Shown here piece by piece: positions 7,251 through 15,343 of a stretch of 64,000 nt of DNA. Below the pieces are notes generated by a model. It did no database searches, was not told where the DNA came from, and worked only from the letters and a program-made list of their open reading frames with translations. The translations under genes and the position numbers were made by a program. The stretch is from an uncultured virus (IMG/VR IMGVR_UViG_3300005611_000005) (taxonomy: Duplodnaviria > Heunggongvirae > Uroviricota > Caudoviricetes), in IMG/VR virus record IMGVR_UViG_3300005611_000005. The stretch is one strand, 5' to 3'. How positions within the stretch are numbered: position 1 is the first letter of the stretch; every line of letters begins with the position of its first letter.

Positions 7251-7326
7251 TGCGGGTTGGACTGGAGGTGGTTGCCAGCTCGGTCTCATAAGCCGAATGA
7301 CGGGGGTTCGAATCCCTCACCCGCAA
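7251..7326 (+). tRNA. tRNA-Met(CAT), initiator-like
   Basis: TGCGGGT/ACCCGCA, TCGGT-CTCATAA-GCCGA. Confidence 0.88.
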
Positions 7327-7333
7327 CTAATAT

Positions 7334-7406
7334 GGTGATTGTAGCTTAATGGTAGAGCGCTTGATTGTGGTTCAAGTGGTTGTGGGTTCGAGTCCCATCT
7401 TTCACC
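7334..7406 (+). tRNA. tRNA-His(GTG)
   Basis: CTTGA-TTGTGGT-TCAAG, encoded G-1. Confidence 0.9.
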
Positions 7407-7412
7407 CTAAAC

Positions 7413-7485
7413 GGGCTTGTAGCTTAGCGGTAAAAGCAGCTGACTCATAATCAGAAGATCGTAGGTTCAATCCCTACCAGGCCCA
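7413..7485 (+). tRNA. tRNA with CAT anticodon (Ile2-like or Met)
   Basis: GGGCTTG/CAGGCCC, CTGA-CTCATAA-TCAG. Confidence 0.88.
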
Positions 7486-7489
7486 CAAT

Positions 7490-7562
7490 GGTGCAGTACC
7501 CAAGTGGTCGAAGGGGGTGGATTGCAAATCCATTTATGTTAGTTCGAATCTAACTGGAACCT
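7490..7562 (+). tRNA. tRNA-Cys(GCA), imperfect acceptor stem
   Basis: GTGGA-TTGCAAA-TCCAT, GTTAG-TTCGAAT-CTAAC. Confidence 0.8.
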
Positions 7563-7569
7563 CTAATAT

Positions 7570-7643
7570 GTTTCCTTAGCTCAGTTGGTTAGAGCATCTG
7601 ACTGTTAATCAGAGGGTCCTTGGTTCGAGCCCAAGAGGAAACG
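7570..7643 (+). tRNA. tRNA-Asn(GTT), second copy
   Basis: TCTGA-CTGTTAA-TCAGA, GTTTCCT/AGGAAAC. Confidence 0.92.
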
Positions 7644-7649
7644 CTATAA

Positions 7650-7723
7650 GGGCCTTTAGCTCAGTTGGTTAGAGCATCTGACTCATAATCAGAGGGTCGT
7701 TGGTTCAAGCCCAACAAGGCCCA
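7650..7723 (+). tRNA. tRNA with CAT anticodon (Ile2-like or Met)
   Basis: GGGCCTT/AAGGCCC, TCTGA-CTCATAA-TCAGA. Confidence 0.9.
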
Positions 7724-7736
7724 CTTTTATTTATAC

Positions 7737-7809
7737 GCGTCTGTAGCTCAGTTGGTAGAGCAGTGGTCTCCAAAACCAAAGGTCGGTAGTTCGAATCTAT
7801 CCAGGCGTG
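7737..7809 (+). tRNA. tRNA-Trp(CCA)
   Basis: TGGT-CTCCAAA-ACCA. Confidence 0.92.
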
Positions 7810-7816
7810 CAAATAT

Positions 7817-7890
7817 AGTAGTGTAGCTCAGTTGGTTAGAGCATCTGACTGATATTCAGAAGGTCATAAGTTCGAATCTTATCACTACTA
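7817..7890 (+). tRNA. tRNA-Ile(GAT), second copy
   Basis: TCTGA-CTGATAT-TCAGA, AGTAGTG/CACTACT. Confidence 0.9.
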
Positions 7891-7893
7891 CTA

Positions 7894-7966
7894 CGAGGTG
7901 TAGCGCAGTTGGTAGCGTGCCTGGTTTGGGACCAGGAGGTCGTCAGTTCGAACCTGGCCACCTCGA
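7894..7966 (+). tRNA. tRNA-Pro(TGG)
   Basis: CCTGG-TTTGGGA-CCAGG. Confidence 0.93.
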
Positions 7967-7974
7967 CTTAATTT

Positions 7975-8048
7975 GGGGCTATAACTCAGCTGGCTAGAGT
8001 GTTACCTTTGCAAGGTAAAAGTCGGGAGTTCGAATCTCCCTAGCTCCA
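7975..8048 (+). tRNA. tRNA-Ala(TGC)
   Basis: GGGGCTA/TAGCTCC with G3-U70, loop TTTGCAA. Confidence 0.94.
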
Positions 8049-8056
8049 CGACATAA

Positions 8057-8129
8057 GCAGTAATAGCTCAATTGGTAGAGCGTCGTCCTTCCAAGTCGAG
8101 GGTTGCAGGTTCGAGTCCTGTTTACTGCT
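8057..8129 (+). tRNA. tRNA-Gly(TCC)
   Basis: Loop CTTCCAA, GCAGTAA/TTACTGC. Confidence 0.92.
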
Positions 8130-8131
8130 CT

Positions 8132-8527
8132 AAATACATCAGTGGTTTTGGCAATTTAACACTTAAAAATTATGGAAACACTTTATTTTATCTTAGGAAT
8201 GCTATCAGTAGTTACTGTAGTCCTAACTGTAGTAGCTGTATATGGTATTGTTAAATACAACCAATCACAAAAACAAATCAACAATCTCCATCGTGAAATA
8301 GAAGAAACTCAAAGAGGCATGTGGAGAGACTTTGAGTCTATTAATAGACGTATAGACAGAGATAATGAATCAAAATGGCGTGCATCCGAGGAAATTCGTA
8401 GGAAAATGGAAGAACTTCAGTCATATATCGATTCTCGAGTAGACAAATTAGATGCTAAATATACCCCTAAAGGAGTAAAACAACAAATTAACGGATAATT
8501 AACCCGCTTTAAACCACTGATGTATTT
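8132..8527. repeat. Perfect 17-bp inverted repeat (8132-8148 / 8511-8527) bracketing the 8172 ORF
   Basis: AAATACATCAGTGGTTT ... AAACCACTGATGTATTT. Confidence 0.85.
8172..8498 (+). CDS. Membrane-anchored coiled-coil protein inside the tRNA array
   Basis: N-terminal TM helix, heptad-rich remainder, C-terminal YIDSRVDKL. Confidence 0.75.
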   Translation: METLYFILGMLSVVTVVLTVVAVYGIVKYNQSQKQINNLHREIEETQRGMWRDFESINRRIDRDNESKWRASEEIRRKMEELQSYIDSRVDKLDAKYTPKGVKQQING

Positions 8528-8531
8528 TTAT

Positions 8532-8602
8532 TGTCCCTTCGTCTAATGGCAGGACAAGTGGTTTTGGTCCACTTAATGGAGGTTCGAATCCTTCAGGGAC
8601 AA
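8532..8602 (+). tRNA. tRNA-Gln(TTG)
   Basis: AGTGG-TTTTGGT-CCACT. Confidence 0.92.
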
Positions 8603-8628
8603 CTATAAACCTTTAAATTAAATTGAAT

Positions 8629-8883
8629 ATGGCTTACGTTAGTGTTTATGTAGATATCTACGAAATATTAGAAGATCTATCTAGTAAAGAAACTCAAGAT
8701 CTTGTTGATAAACTTTATGATGACGGTTATGAACCTAGTCAGTTAACTGACGGTCTGGACGAGTCGTTAAATGCACATGATGAAATGTGGTTTGAAGTTG
8801 TCGACAAAATCAAACGAGGAAGGTTGCAGCTCAATCCTGAACAAGAAGCATTGATACAGGAAATAGCTAGTAAGATTGTTTAA
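8629..8883 (+). CDS. Small acidic hypothetical protein
   Basis: ORF from ATG 8629 (MAYVSV), lies between tRNA genes. Confidence 0.65.
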   Translation: MAYVSVYVDIYEILEDLSSKETQDLVDKLYDDGYEPSQLTDGLDESLNAHDEMWFEVVDKIKRGRLQLNPEQEALIQEIASKIV

Positions 8884-8888
8884 TATAT

Positions 8889-8925
8889 GGAGAATTGGCA
8901 GAGTGGTCGATTGCGGCAGTCTTGA
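8889..8925 (+). pseudogene. 5' half of tRNA-Ser(TGA), truncated right after the anticodon
   Basis: GGAGAATTGGCAGAGTGGTCGATTGCGGCAGTCTTGA followed by unrelated AT-rich DNA; no 3' half seen nearby. Confidence 0.8.
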
Positions 8926-8964
8926 TTTTTATAAACTACATATATATTATATATAACGTAATTT

Positions 8965-9603
8965 ATGAAATGCAACTATTGTACTAAAACAATCAACAAT
9001 ATCGGATCTTTGAAAGCTCATGAAATGTGCTGTAAGCAGAATCCTAATAAAGTCAAGCACCGTCGGGGTATTAATACTAGAAAAGTATACATACCATGGA
9101 ATAAGGGTAAAAAGGGAATTTATTCTAATGAATATCGCCAGAAAATAAGTAATTCTTTAAAAGGTAAAGCCACGGGAAAGGCATTGACTGCCGAAGGAGA
9201 GATAGCTCGAAAGCAAAAAATTTCCGAATCTATGAAAAAAAATCCAAATGCCGGTGGGTTGCGTGAAGGAAGCGGCCGTGGATTAAAAACTTGGTATGAT
9301 AGCAAAACCGCTGGCAGAGTTTACTTGAGATCAACGTACGAATTGGCCTATGCCCAATGGTTAGATGAAAATAATATAAACTGGATTGCAAATAAAAAAT
9401 TCTTCGAATATGAATTCGAGGGGCAAATTCGCAAATACTATCCTGATTTTTATTTAATTGATACTGATTGTTATATAGAAATTAAAGGATATAAGACAGT
9501 AAAAGATGAAATGAAATGGAAGTGTTTTAATGGTAACTTGAATGTATTATATTATAACGATCTCGTAAATTTAGGAATAGATAGTAAATTACTTGGTAGG
9601 TGA
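8965..9603 (+). CDS. Putative free-standing homing endonuclease (Zn finger, NUMOD3-like, PD-(D/E)XK)
   Basis: CNYC...HEMCC, PWNKGKK...KISNSLKG, RSTYE, YYPDF...IEIKG. Confidence 0.8.
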   Translation: MKCNYCTKTINNIGSLKAHEMCCKQNPNKVKHRRGINTRKVYIPWNKGKKGIYSNEYRQKISNSLKGKATGKALTAEGEIARKQKISESMKKNPNAGGLREGSGRGLKTWYDSKTAGRVYLRSTYELAYAQWLDENNINWIANKKFFEYEFEGQIRKYYPDFYLIDTDCYIEIKGYKTVKDEMKWKCFNGNLNVLYYNDLVNLGIDSKLLGR

Positions 9604-9678
9604 CCGGCATGGACGAGGACACTGATTTGAAATCAGCTGGGTGTAAAAGCCTCAAGAGTTCGATTCTCTTACCTACCG
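9595..9678 (+). tRNA. tRNA-Ser(TGA) with atypical D-arm
   Basis: GGTAGGT/ACCTACC, CTGA-TTTGAAA-TCAG, long variable arm, AAGAG-TTCGATT-CTCTT, G73. Confidence 0.8.
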
Positions 9679-9679
9679 C

Positions 9680-9753
9680 GGTGTTTGTGGTGTTAATGGT
9701 TAGCACATTAGATTGTGGTTCTGAAGGTTTGGGTTCGAATCCCAGCAAACACA
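9680..9753 (+). tRNA. tRNA-His(GTG), second copy, A at the discriminator
   Basis: TTAGA-TTGTGGT-TCTGA, GTGTTTG/CAAACAC. Confidence 0.87.
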
Positions 9754-9761
9754 CTTTTATT

Positions 9762-9845
9762 GGAAGATAATCCTCAACGGTGAGAGGGCTTGCCTGCTAA
9801 GCAATGTGTACCTTAGGGTATCTGGTTCGATCCCAGTGTCTTCCG
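9762..9845 (+). tRNA. tRNA-Ser(GCT) with non-canonical 8/4 fold
   Basis: GGAAGATA/TGTCTTCC 8-bp acceptor, CTGG/CCAG 4-bp T-stem, TTGC-CTGCTAA-GCAA. Confidence 0.82.
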
Positions 9846-9879
9846 CTTGGCTACTTCAATATGTCTTTATATTTACAAC

Positions 9880-10332
9880 ATGAAAAATTTTAAAAAATGT
9901 AATGGTGATAGAGTTGATGTAGTTAATCATACTATTAAAATTTTAGAGGACAATCCTTATACTGAAATACATATTGGGACTGATTCTCAAAACAAGAGCG
10001 ATTACACTTACTACGCTATTGCCATAGCATACCGCTTTGGTACTAGAGGTGTTCATTATATTTATCATAGAGAAAAAGTTCCACGTATCAAGGATCGTTT
10101 TACTAAACTGTTTAGAGAAGCTGAACTCACTATAGAGACAGCTGAATGGCTTACTACTAAAATTCCAAGCTTAAAAGTAGAACTAGACTTTGACTATAAT
10201 GATGATAAAAAATATTTTAGCCAAAAACTAGTATCTGCAGTAAAAGGGTGGGCAGAATCTTTAGGATACAAAGCCAATATCAAACCACATAATCAGATAG
10301 CTACTAAGGCAGCTGATTATCAATGTCGATAA
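9880..10332 (+). CDS. YkuK-like RNase H-fold protein
   Basis: IHIGTDSQ, LFREAE, DFDYN, KAAD motifs; probable start ATG 9880. Confidence 0.8.
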   Translation: MKNFKKCNGDRVDVVNHTIKILEDNPYTEIHIGTDSQNKSDYTYYAIAIAYRFGTRGVHYIYHREKVPRIKDRFTKLFREAELTIETAEWLTTKIPSLKVELDFDYNDDKKYFSQKLVSAVKGWAESLGYKANIKPHNQIATKAADYQCR

Positions 10333-10354
10333 TATTTATAATAAATTGTAAGTT

Positions 10355-11419
10355 ATGATGAAATTTGATTTCGATGACATTTTAATTCAACCTAAAACAA
10401 TTACTAACATTAACTCCAGATCTGAAATTGAAATTTTAGATGAATCTGATATGTTACCGTTGTTCACAGCTCCAATGGATACTGTCGTAAGCGAAATAAA
10501 TGCTGATCAATTTATAAACAATAGTATTAGAGTAGTATTACCTAGAAGACGAACAAATACCGTTGTTAATATTTCAACAGATCCTAATTGCTGGCACTCA
10601 TATGGATTAAATGAATTTCATGAAATTTTTTTGCAAAATGCTCCAGATAATAGAGGCGCTACAATGTATGCACTAATTGATGTAGCAAACGGACACATGC
10701 CTGGAATACTTAGTGCTGTTAAACAAAGTAAGGTTAAATACGGTAGTAATTTAAGGTTAATGGTAGGTAATATTGCTAACCCAGACACGTATAAATTGTT
10801 ATCAGATGCTGGAGCAGATTACATTCGAATTGGTATTGGAAATGGAGGTGGATGTTTAACTACAGTACAAACTGGCGTAGGATATCCGTTAGCATCGCTG
10901 ATACAAGAATGTTACTTAATATCTAAAAAATGTAAATCGCCCGCAAAAATAGTTGCGGATGGAGGTATACAAAAATATTCTGATATTATTAAAGCTTTAG
11001 CGCTAGGTGCAGATTACGTAATGTTAGGTTCTATATTTAATAAGGCTCTTGAATCTTCTGGAGAGACGTATTATGCTAATAAGAAAAGTAATGGATGGAC
11101 AGAGCCTGGCGAACGTGCAGATCAATTTGATCCTAAAGTAACTGAATATTTTAAATTTGGTGGAGAGCTGTATAAAAAGTTTCGAGGCATGTCTACTAAA
11201 GAAGTGCAAAAATCTTGGGGCAATACTGACATTAAAACTTCAGAAGGTATTACTAAAATACAAAAAGTAGAGTATACAATTTCAGGTTGGGTTGAAAATT
11301 TCAGTCATTATTTACGTACTGCAATGTCATATACCAATTGTAAAAATTTAGACCGGTTTAAAGGAAATGTCGACATTATACAAATTTCTGAAAAATCTTT
11401 TGAAAGATTCATGAAATAA
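10355..11419 (+). CDS. IMP dehydrogenase / GMP reductase family, no CBS domains
   Basis: FDDILIQP, APMDTV, IDVANGH, IGIGNGGGCLT, ADGGI, GADYVMLG, FRGMST. Confidence 0.92.
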   Translation: MMKFDFDDILIQPKTITNINSRSEIEILDESDMLPLFTAPMDTVVSEINADQFINNSIRVVLPRRRTNTVVNISTDPNCWHSYGLNEFHEIFLQNAPDNRGATMYALIDVANGHMPGILSAVKQSKVKYGSNLRLMVGNIANPDTYKLLSDAGADYIRIGIGNGGGCLTTVQTGVGYPLASLIQECYLISKKCKSPAKIVADGGIQKYSDIIKALALGADYVMLGSIFNKALESSGETYYANKKSNGWTEPGERADQFDPKVTEYFKFGGELYKKFRGMSTKEVQKSWGNTDIKTSEGITKIQKVEYTISGWVENFSHYLRTAMSYTNCKNLDRFKGNVDIIQISEKSFERFMK

Positions 11420-11451
11420 TTTGGTTCTTTGAAATTTCATACTTATTTTTA
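11420..11451 (+). promoter_or_regulatory. Bacteroidota-type promoter
   Basis: TTTG-N20-TATTTTTA, similar to P1/P2. Confidence 0.7.
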
Positions 11452-11477
11452 TGTATAGAAATTAAAAATAAACAATT

Positions 11478-11849
11478 ATGAAATTAGGAAAAGACACCGG
11501 ATCGGTAATGAATCACTTAATGTCAAGATCCAATCAAGAACCAGCAGTCGGTAAAGGAGCTACCATTTTACATTGGTCAGATCGAAGTGCTTACTTTGTT
11601 GACTCTGTATCGAAGGATGGTAAAAAAGTTGTAATTGAGCGAGCAAAAGCAGTCCGCACCGACAATCATGGTATGAGTGACTCTCAGATGTATGAATATG
11701 TACGAGATCCTAAAGCTCAACCTGAAACTATACAGTTTACATACGGCAAATGGCGCCGAGTTTATACAGCCTGGGACGGTAAGAAAGAGACTGAACCCAT
11801 CAGTATTAAGTTTGGGTACATGGACGAGTATTATGATTATTCGTTTTAA
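11478..11849 (+). CDS. Hypothetical phage protein (likely early)
   Basis: VGKGATILHWSDR, YYDYSF end; has its own promoter and terminator. Confidence 0.75.
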   Translation: MKLGKDTGSVMNHLMSRSNQEPAVGKGATILHWSDRSAYFVDSVSKDGKKVVIERAKAVRTDNHGMSDSQMYEYVRDPKAQPETIQFTYGKWRRVYTAWDGKKETEPISIKFGYMDEYYDYSF

Positions 11850-11854
11850 AAACA

Positions 11855-11878
11855 GGGGCGAATGCCCTTTTTTTCTTT
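11855..11878 (+). terminator. Intrinsic terminator
   Basis: GGGGC-GAAT-GCCCT plus T run. Confidence 0.75.
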
Positions 11879-11896
11879 ATTAACTAATCTTATCAA

Positions 11897-12295
11897 ATGA
11901 AACTAAATTATCAAGTTAAGCGTATTGAAAGTGGCGTGCGAAATTTATCGCGAAAATTTACTAAGCTAAAAAGTTCAAATTTAACTTGCGATCAAAAAAT
12001 GGCAATTTCAATTGTCAAAAAATCTATCGTTAACGACACTGCAACGCTGTTAGTAGCTCCGTTATCACATCGAAAGTTCATTCATTTAAATGATGTGTTT
12101 ATTGCAATTAACGAGTCGATTGTAGAAATTGCCAATGGTAAGTACTCATATGAAATTGAATTACCATTTAAAGAAATGCGCGACATCAATAAGTGCTTTA
12201 ATCGAACTTTAGAACGAACTGTACGATCTTGGGAATCTACCATTAACAATAAGCGAGCAAGATCATTGTCAGATATTCTGCAAAATTTATCGTAA
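11897..12295 (+). CDS. Hypothetical protein
   Basis: 132-aa basic ORF. Confidence 0.65.
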   Translation: MKLNYQVKRIESGVRNLSRKFTKLKSSNLTCDQKMAISIVKKSIVNDTATLLVAPLSHRKFIHLNDVFIAINESIVEIANGKYSYEIELPFKEMRDINKCFNRTLERTVRSWESTINNKRARSLSDILQNLS

Positions 12296-12310
12296 ATTTT
12301 CATTGAAAAA

Positions 12311-12342
12311 TTTGGTTCTTTGAATTTTACTTCTTATTTTTA
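12311..12342 (+). promoter_or_regulatory. Bacteroidota-type promoter
   Basis: TTTG-N20-TATTTTTA. Confidence 0.7.
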
Positions 12343-12345
12343 AGT

Positions 12346-12627
12346 ATGGAAATTAAAAAAATAAAATCTATGAGAAACTTTAAAAATCCAATGGGAGTAC
12401 CTTTTCAAAACACCGCTTATAAAGTGGTTAACGTTTCAGAAGATCGCAAAACTTGTACAGTTCAAGTTTCTGATAACAAGAAAGTTGCTGGAACAGTAAC
12501 CGTGACAATGGGTGGAGATGCAAAGCATGTAACGCGAAGCTTTAAAAGTGTAAAGTCCGCTCGAGGAATCAAACCAATTGATATTGACGAATCTGTTGCA
12601 TTAGCTTCTAGAGTATTTAACCGATAA
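12346..12627 (+). CDS. Hypothetical protein (start may be 12370)
   Basis: ORF directly after the promoter. Confidence 0.65.
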   Translation: MEIKKIKSMRNFKNPMGVPFQNTAYKVVNVSEDRKTCTVQVSDNKKVAGTVTVTMGGDAKHVTRSFKSVKSARGIKPIDIDESVALASRVFNR

Positions 12628-12636
12628 TTTAAAGTA

Positions 12637-12846
12637 ATGAAGAAATCAATGTATCGCATCGTTCCGGTAATGAATGAAAAGTTTGGTGAATGTTGGGCAG
12701 TTAAAAATAAAGATCAAATTCTTAAAACGTTTTTGACTAAGTCCAATGCCGAAAGGTTTAAACTTTCATTAGAGCAAACGACCTTTGAAAAATTTGTATT
12801 ATCAAAAACTGCAAATCAAGAACTTAAATTAAACGACTCTTTTTGA
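12637..12846 (+). CDS. Hypothetical protein
   Basis: 69-aa ORF followed by a terminator. Confidence 0.6.
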   Translation: MKKSMYRIVPVMNEKFGECWAVKNKDQILKTFLTKSNAERFKLSLEQTTFEKFVLSKTANQELKLNDSF

Positions 12847-12861
12847 TTTCTATACAAAAAT

Positions 12862-12889
12862 CAGGGGCGGCTTGTTCGCCCCTGTTTTT
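12862..12889 (+). terminator. Intrinsic terminator
   Basis: CAGGGGCGG-CTTG-TTCGCCCCTG-TTTTT. Confidence 0.85.
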
Positions 12890-12903
12890 ACATTTACGAT
12901 AAC

Positions 12904-13233
12904 ATGAAAGCACCTCAAATTGAACGATTAAGAAAAATCGTAATTGCACAATATCCAGGATCTAGAATTTGGAAAACTAGACGCGGTAAATTTACTATAG
13001 TACAAGAGCAAGAAGATTTAACTGTAAAAGATTTATTGTCAGAATTTTTCTTTCCAGCTGCTGAGTCAGAACTTGAAGCCTGGGAATCAGCTGCTTCTGT
13101 TGTAAAAATAGAAAAAAACTTCAACCGAACACATCCTTTAAAAGCTGATTTGTTTGACATTGAAAGTAAAATGCAACGAGTTTCAATACGAAATATAAAT
13201 TCGGCTCGCAATAAAAAACGGCCGAAAAATTAA
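12904..13233 (+). CDS. Hypothetical protein
   Basis: 109-aa ORF, NFNRTHP motif. Confidence 0.65.
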   Translation: MKAPQIERLRKIVIAQYPGSRIWKTRRGKFTIVQEQEDLTVKDLLSEFFFPAAESELEAWESAASVVKIEKNFNRTHPLKADLFDIESKMQRVSIRNINSARNKKRPKN

Positions 13234-13261
13234 GATATACATATTTATATTAAAGGTAGTT

Positions 13262-13978
13262 ATGTTTAATAAATGGAAATCTTTATTTAACAAAGTTATG
13301 ACAGAACAACAAGACACGAAGCTTCGCGAAACGTATCCAGCTAATGTTGAAAGCTCGACAGAATTTAACGAATCTTCTGAAGAAGAATTAAATTTAGAAG
13401 TATACGATTTAGAGCGATTGTTTAACGATCCGTTAGTTGTAGGATGGCTATCAGAAGCAGAACAAAAACTGCTATTCATGTTAATTGCATTTTATTTCCG
13501 ACCAGGTGAATCGATTTTAGATATTGGTTGTGGACGTGCAGATTTATATGGATTTCTACAAAATCGCGATTCTGTTGAAAATGTCAATTACGTAGGACTT
13601 GATTACAATCCTAATATTATTGAAATTGCAAAAAAGAAATATCCTGGAGTCGTTGCAATAACTGGCGACGCTTTAAATTTAGAACGTATTGAAGAATATG
13701 ATTGGGTAGTAGCTTCAGGAGCAATTAATCTTAAAGATTCGGACGATATGTTTTCATACGGCAAAAAATTAGTCGATGTAATGTACCATAAATGTAAAAA
13801 AGGAGTTGCATTTAATGTGCTAACTAGTATTCCTGAATCTGCATCTGACTCTGATAAAACCGCGCTTTATGTTCACGACCCAGCAAAATGGTTAGAATAT
13901 TTACTTAAAACATATAACAAAGTAATCTGTCGTTCAGATTACATGTTAGGAGATTGTACTTTTTACATTTTTAAATAA
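13262..13978 (+). CDS. Class I SAM-dependent methyltransferase
   Basis: ILDIGCGRAD, YVGLDYN, YDWVVASG. Confidence 0.9.
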   Translation: MFNKWKSLFNKVMTEQQDTKLRETYPANVESSTEFNESSEEELNLEVYDLERLFNDPLVVGWLSEAEQKLLFMLIAFYFRPGESILDIGCGRADLYGFLQNRDSVENVNYVGLDYNPNIIEIAKKKYPGVVAITGDALNLERIEEYDWVVASGAINLKDSDDMFSYGKKLVDVMYHKCKKGVAFNVLTSIPESASDSDKTALYVHDPAKWLEYLLKTYNKVICRSDYMLGDCTFYIFK

Positions 13979-13995
13979 CCCTTAATTTTTACGCT

Positions 13996-14319
13996 ATGAT
14001 TTTTATATACATTGCACTAATCGGAACAGTTGTATCTTTTATTTTACTTGCACGTCATATTTATAATCGAGACGTTAACGCATTAAATGATATACTATAT
14101 GAAAAAACTCGTACGATAGAAATTCTTCAAGATTATTCTACGGAATTAGAAAAAACTCGAGATTCACTTAAGCGTCAGATAACAGATTTGCAACAACAAC
14201 TTGATTTAGCTATTTCAAAATTACAACTTGAACCGACAAACCGCAATGAAAAACCAGCTACAGCTTCATCTAGACGCCCTCGAAAAAGTAAAAGCACTTC
14301 AAACGATTCAAACAAGTAA
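13996..14319 (+). CDS. TM-anchored coiled-coil protein
   Basis: N-terminal hydrophobic helix, heptad repeats, basic tail. Confidence 0.65.
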   Translation: MIFIYIALIGTVVSFILLARHIYNRDVNALNDILYEKTRTIEILQDYSTELEKTRDSLKRQITDLQQQLDLAISKLQLEPTNRNEKPATASSRRPRKSKSTSNDSNK

Positions 14320-14593
14320 CAGTTTATCAGATTCTGTATTACAAATACTAACTGAATCTGATATAGATTTAAAATTTAGCAGCGTATCATATACCGACTC
14401 GCAAAAAACTCAAGTAATCAATAAACTCTCACAAGTTGCAGAAACTTTAGCAGCTAAACCTAGTTTAGAAAATTTCAAAGAGTATTCGTTTATCGTAACT
14501 ACTTGCGCTCGTAAAATAGTCGATGAAGATCGATCGCTAACATTTGAAATGATTAATTTGCTTAACGATATTTATAAAAAATGCCAGCAATGA
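14246..14593 (+). CDS. Hypothetical protein
   Basis: ATG 14246; overlaps the upstream gene by about 74 nt, so the start is uncertain. Confidence 0.5.
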   Translation: MKNQLQLHLDALEKVKALQTIQTSNSLSDSVLQILTESDIDLKFSSVSYTDSQKTQVINKLSQVAETLAAKPSLENFKEYSFIVTTCARKIVDEDRSLTFEMINLLNDIYKKCQQ

Positions 14594-14817
14594 AACGACA
14601 ACTTGTAGAATTTTTTATGTCGGTATTAACTGCTGAAGAATTTACTGAATTTCTAGAAATTTTAGATATTAACAATGAAGAAGCTCGATATCTTAAATTG
14701 CGTGAATTTGTTTTCGAACAACATCGTTTTGACTCAATATCTAAACTCAATTTAGATCCAATTTGGTTAATGAAACAAGTAATAGTAACTAAACTTACAA
14801 AAAATGAATTTCAGTGA
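14581..14817 (+). CDS. Hypothetical protein
   Basis: Overlaps both neighbours as in an operon. Confidence 0.6.
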   Translation: MPAMKRQLVEFFMSVLTAEEFTEFLEILDINNEEARYLKLREFVFEQHRFDSISKLNLDPIWLMKQVIVTKLTKNEFQ

Positions 14818-15247
14818 CTTTTTTATTTCAGTTGAAGACTATGACTTTTTTCAAAGTTTACCTAATTCAGAAAAAATACTTTTCGTATACGATTTAATTT
14901 GTAACGAATCGTATGGTACAGGTAGCTCAGAATTGGAAAAAATGGATGCTGCTATTATTTCTACAGATTTAAGTAATTCATTTGATTTTATTGATCAACT
15001 AAATTTAATGGTACGTAAATCTATAGATTTGAATGCCGATGTAAATGTATTTTTCATTAACAATTTTGTAATAATAAATTCAAATTATCGATCGGAAATT
15101 CGAAGTACCGTCAATCAGTTATTTACAAATGGATTAGTTTTAGTTAAAATGCGACCTGGAAAATCTACATTGGATATCTTTAAACATCAGAAGCATTTAT
15201 CTATATATCATATTGCTGGGCAGCACCATAAAATTTTTCAAAATTAA
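14804..15247 (+). CDS. Hypothetical protein
   Basis: 147-aa ORF. Confidence 0.6.
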   Translation: MNFSDFFISVEDYDFFQSLPNSEKILFVYDLICNESYGTGSSELEKMDAAIISTDLSNSFDFIDQLNLMVRKSIDLNADVNVFFINNFVIINSNYRSEIRSTVNQLFTNGLVLVKMRPGKSTLDIFKHQKHLSIYHIAGQHHKIFQN

Positions 15248-15343
15248 TTTTGTATTTTTGAAAATTTTCATATATTTATAATTGTCAGCGCCTGTTGGGC
15301 TGATACCGTAATAGGTTTGTTTAACTATTAAATTTTAATTATT

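Noticed and set aside
8926..9594. Group I intron within tRNA-Ser(TGA)
   Set aside because: No matching 3' exon and no recognisable intron core; the downstream tRNA is complete by itself
13996..14593. Overlapping Rz/Rz1 spanin pair
   Set aside because: The downstream overlapping ORF has no lipobox or signal peptide, and no endolysin is adjacent
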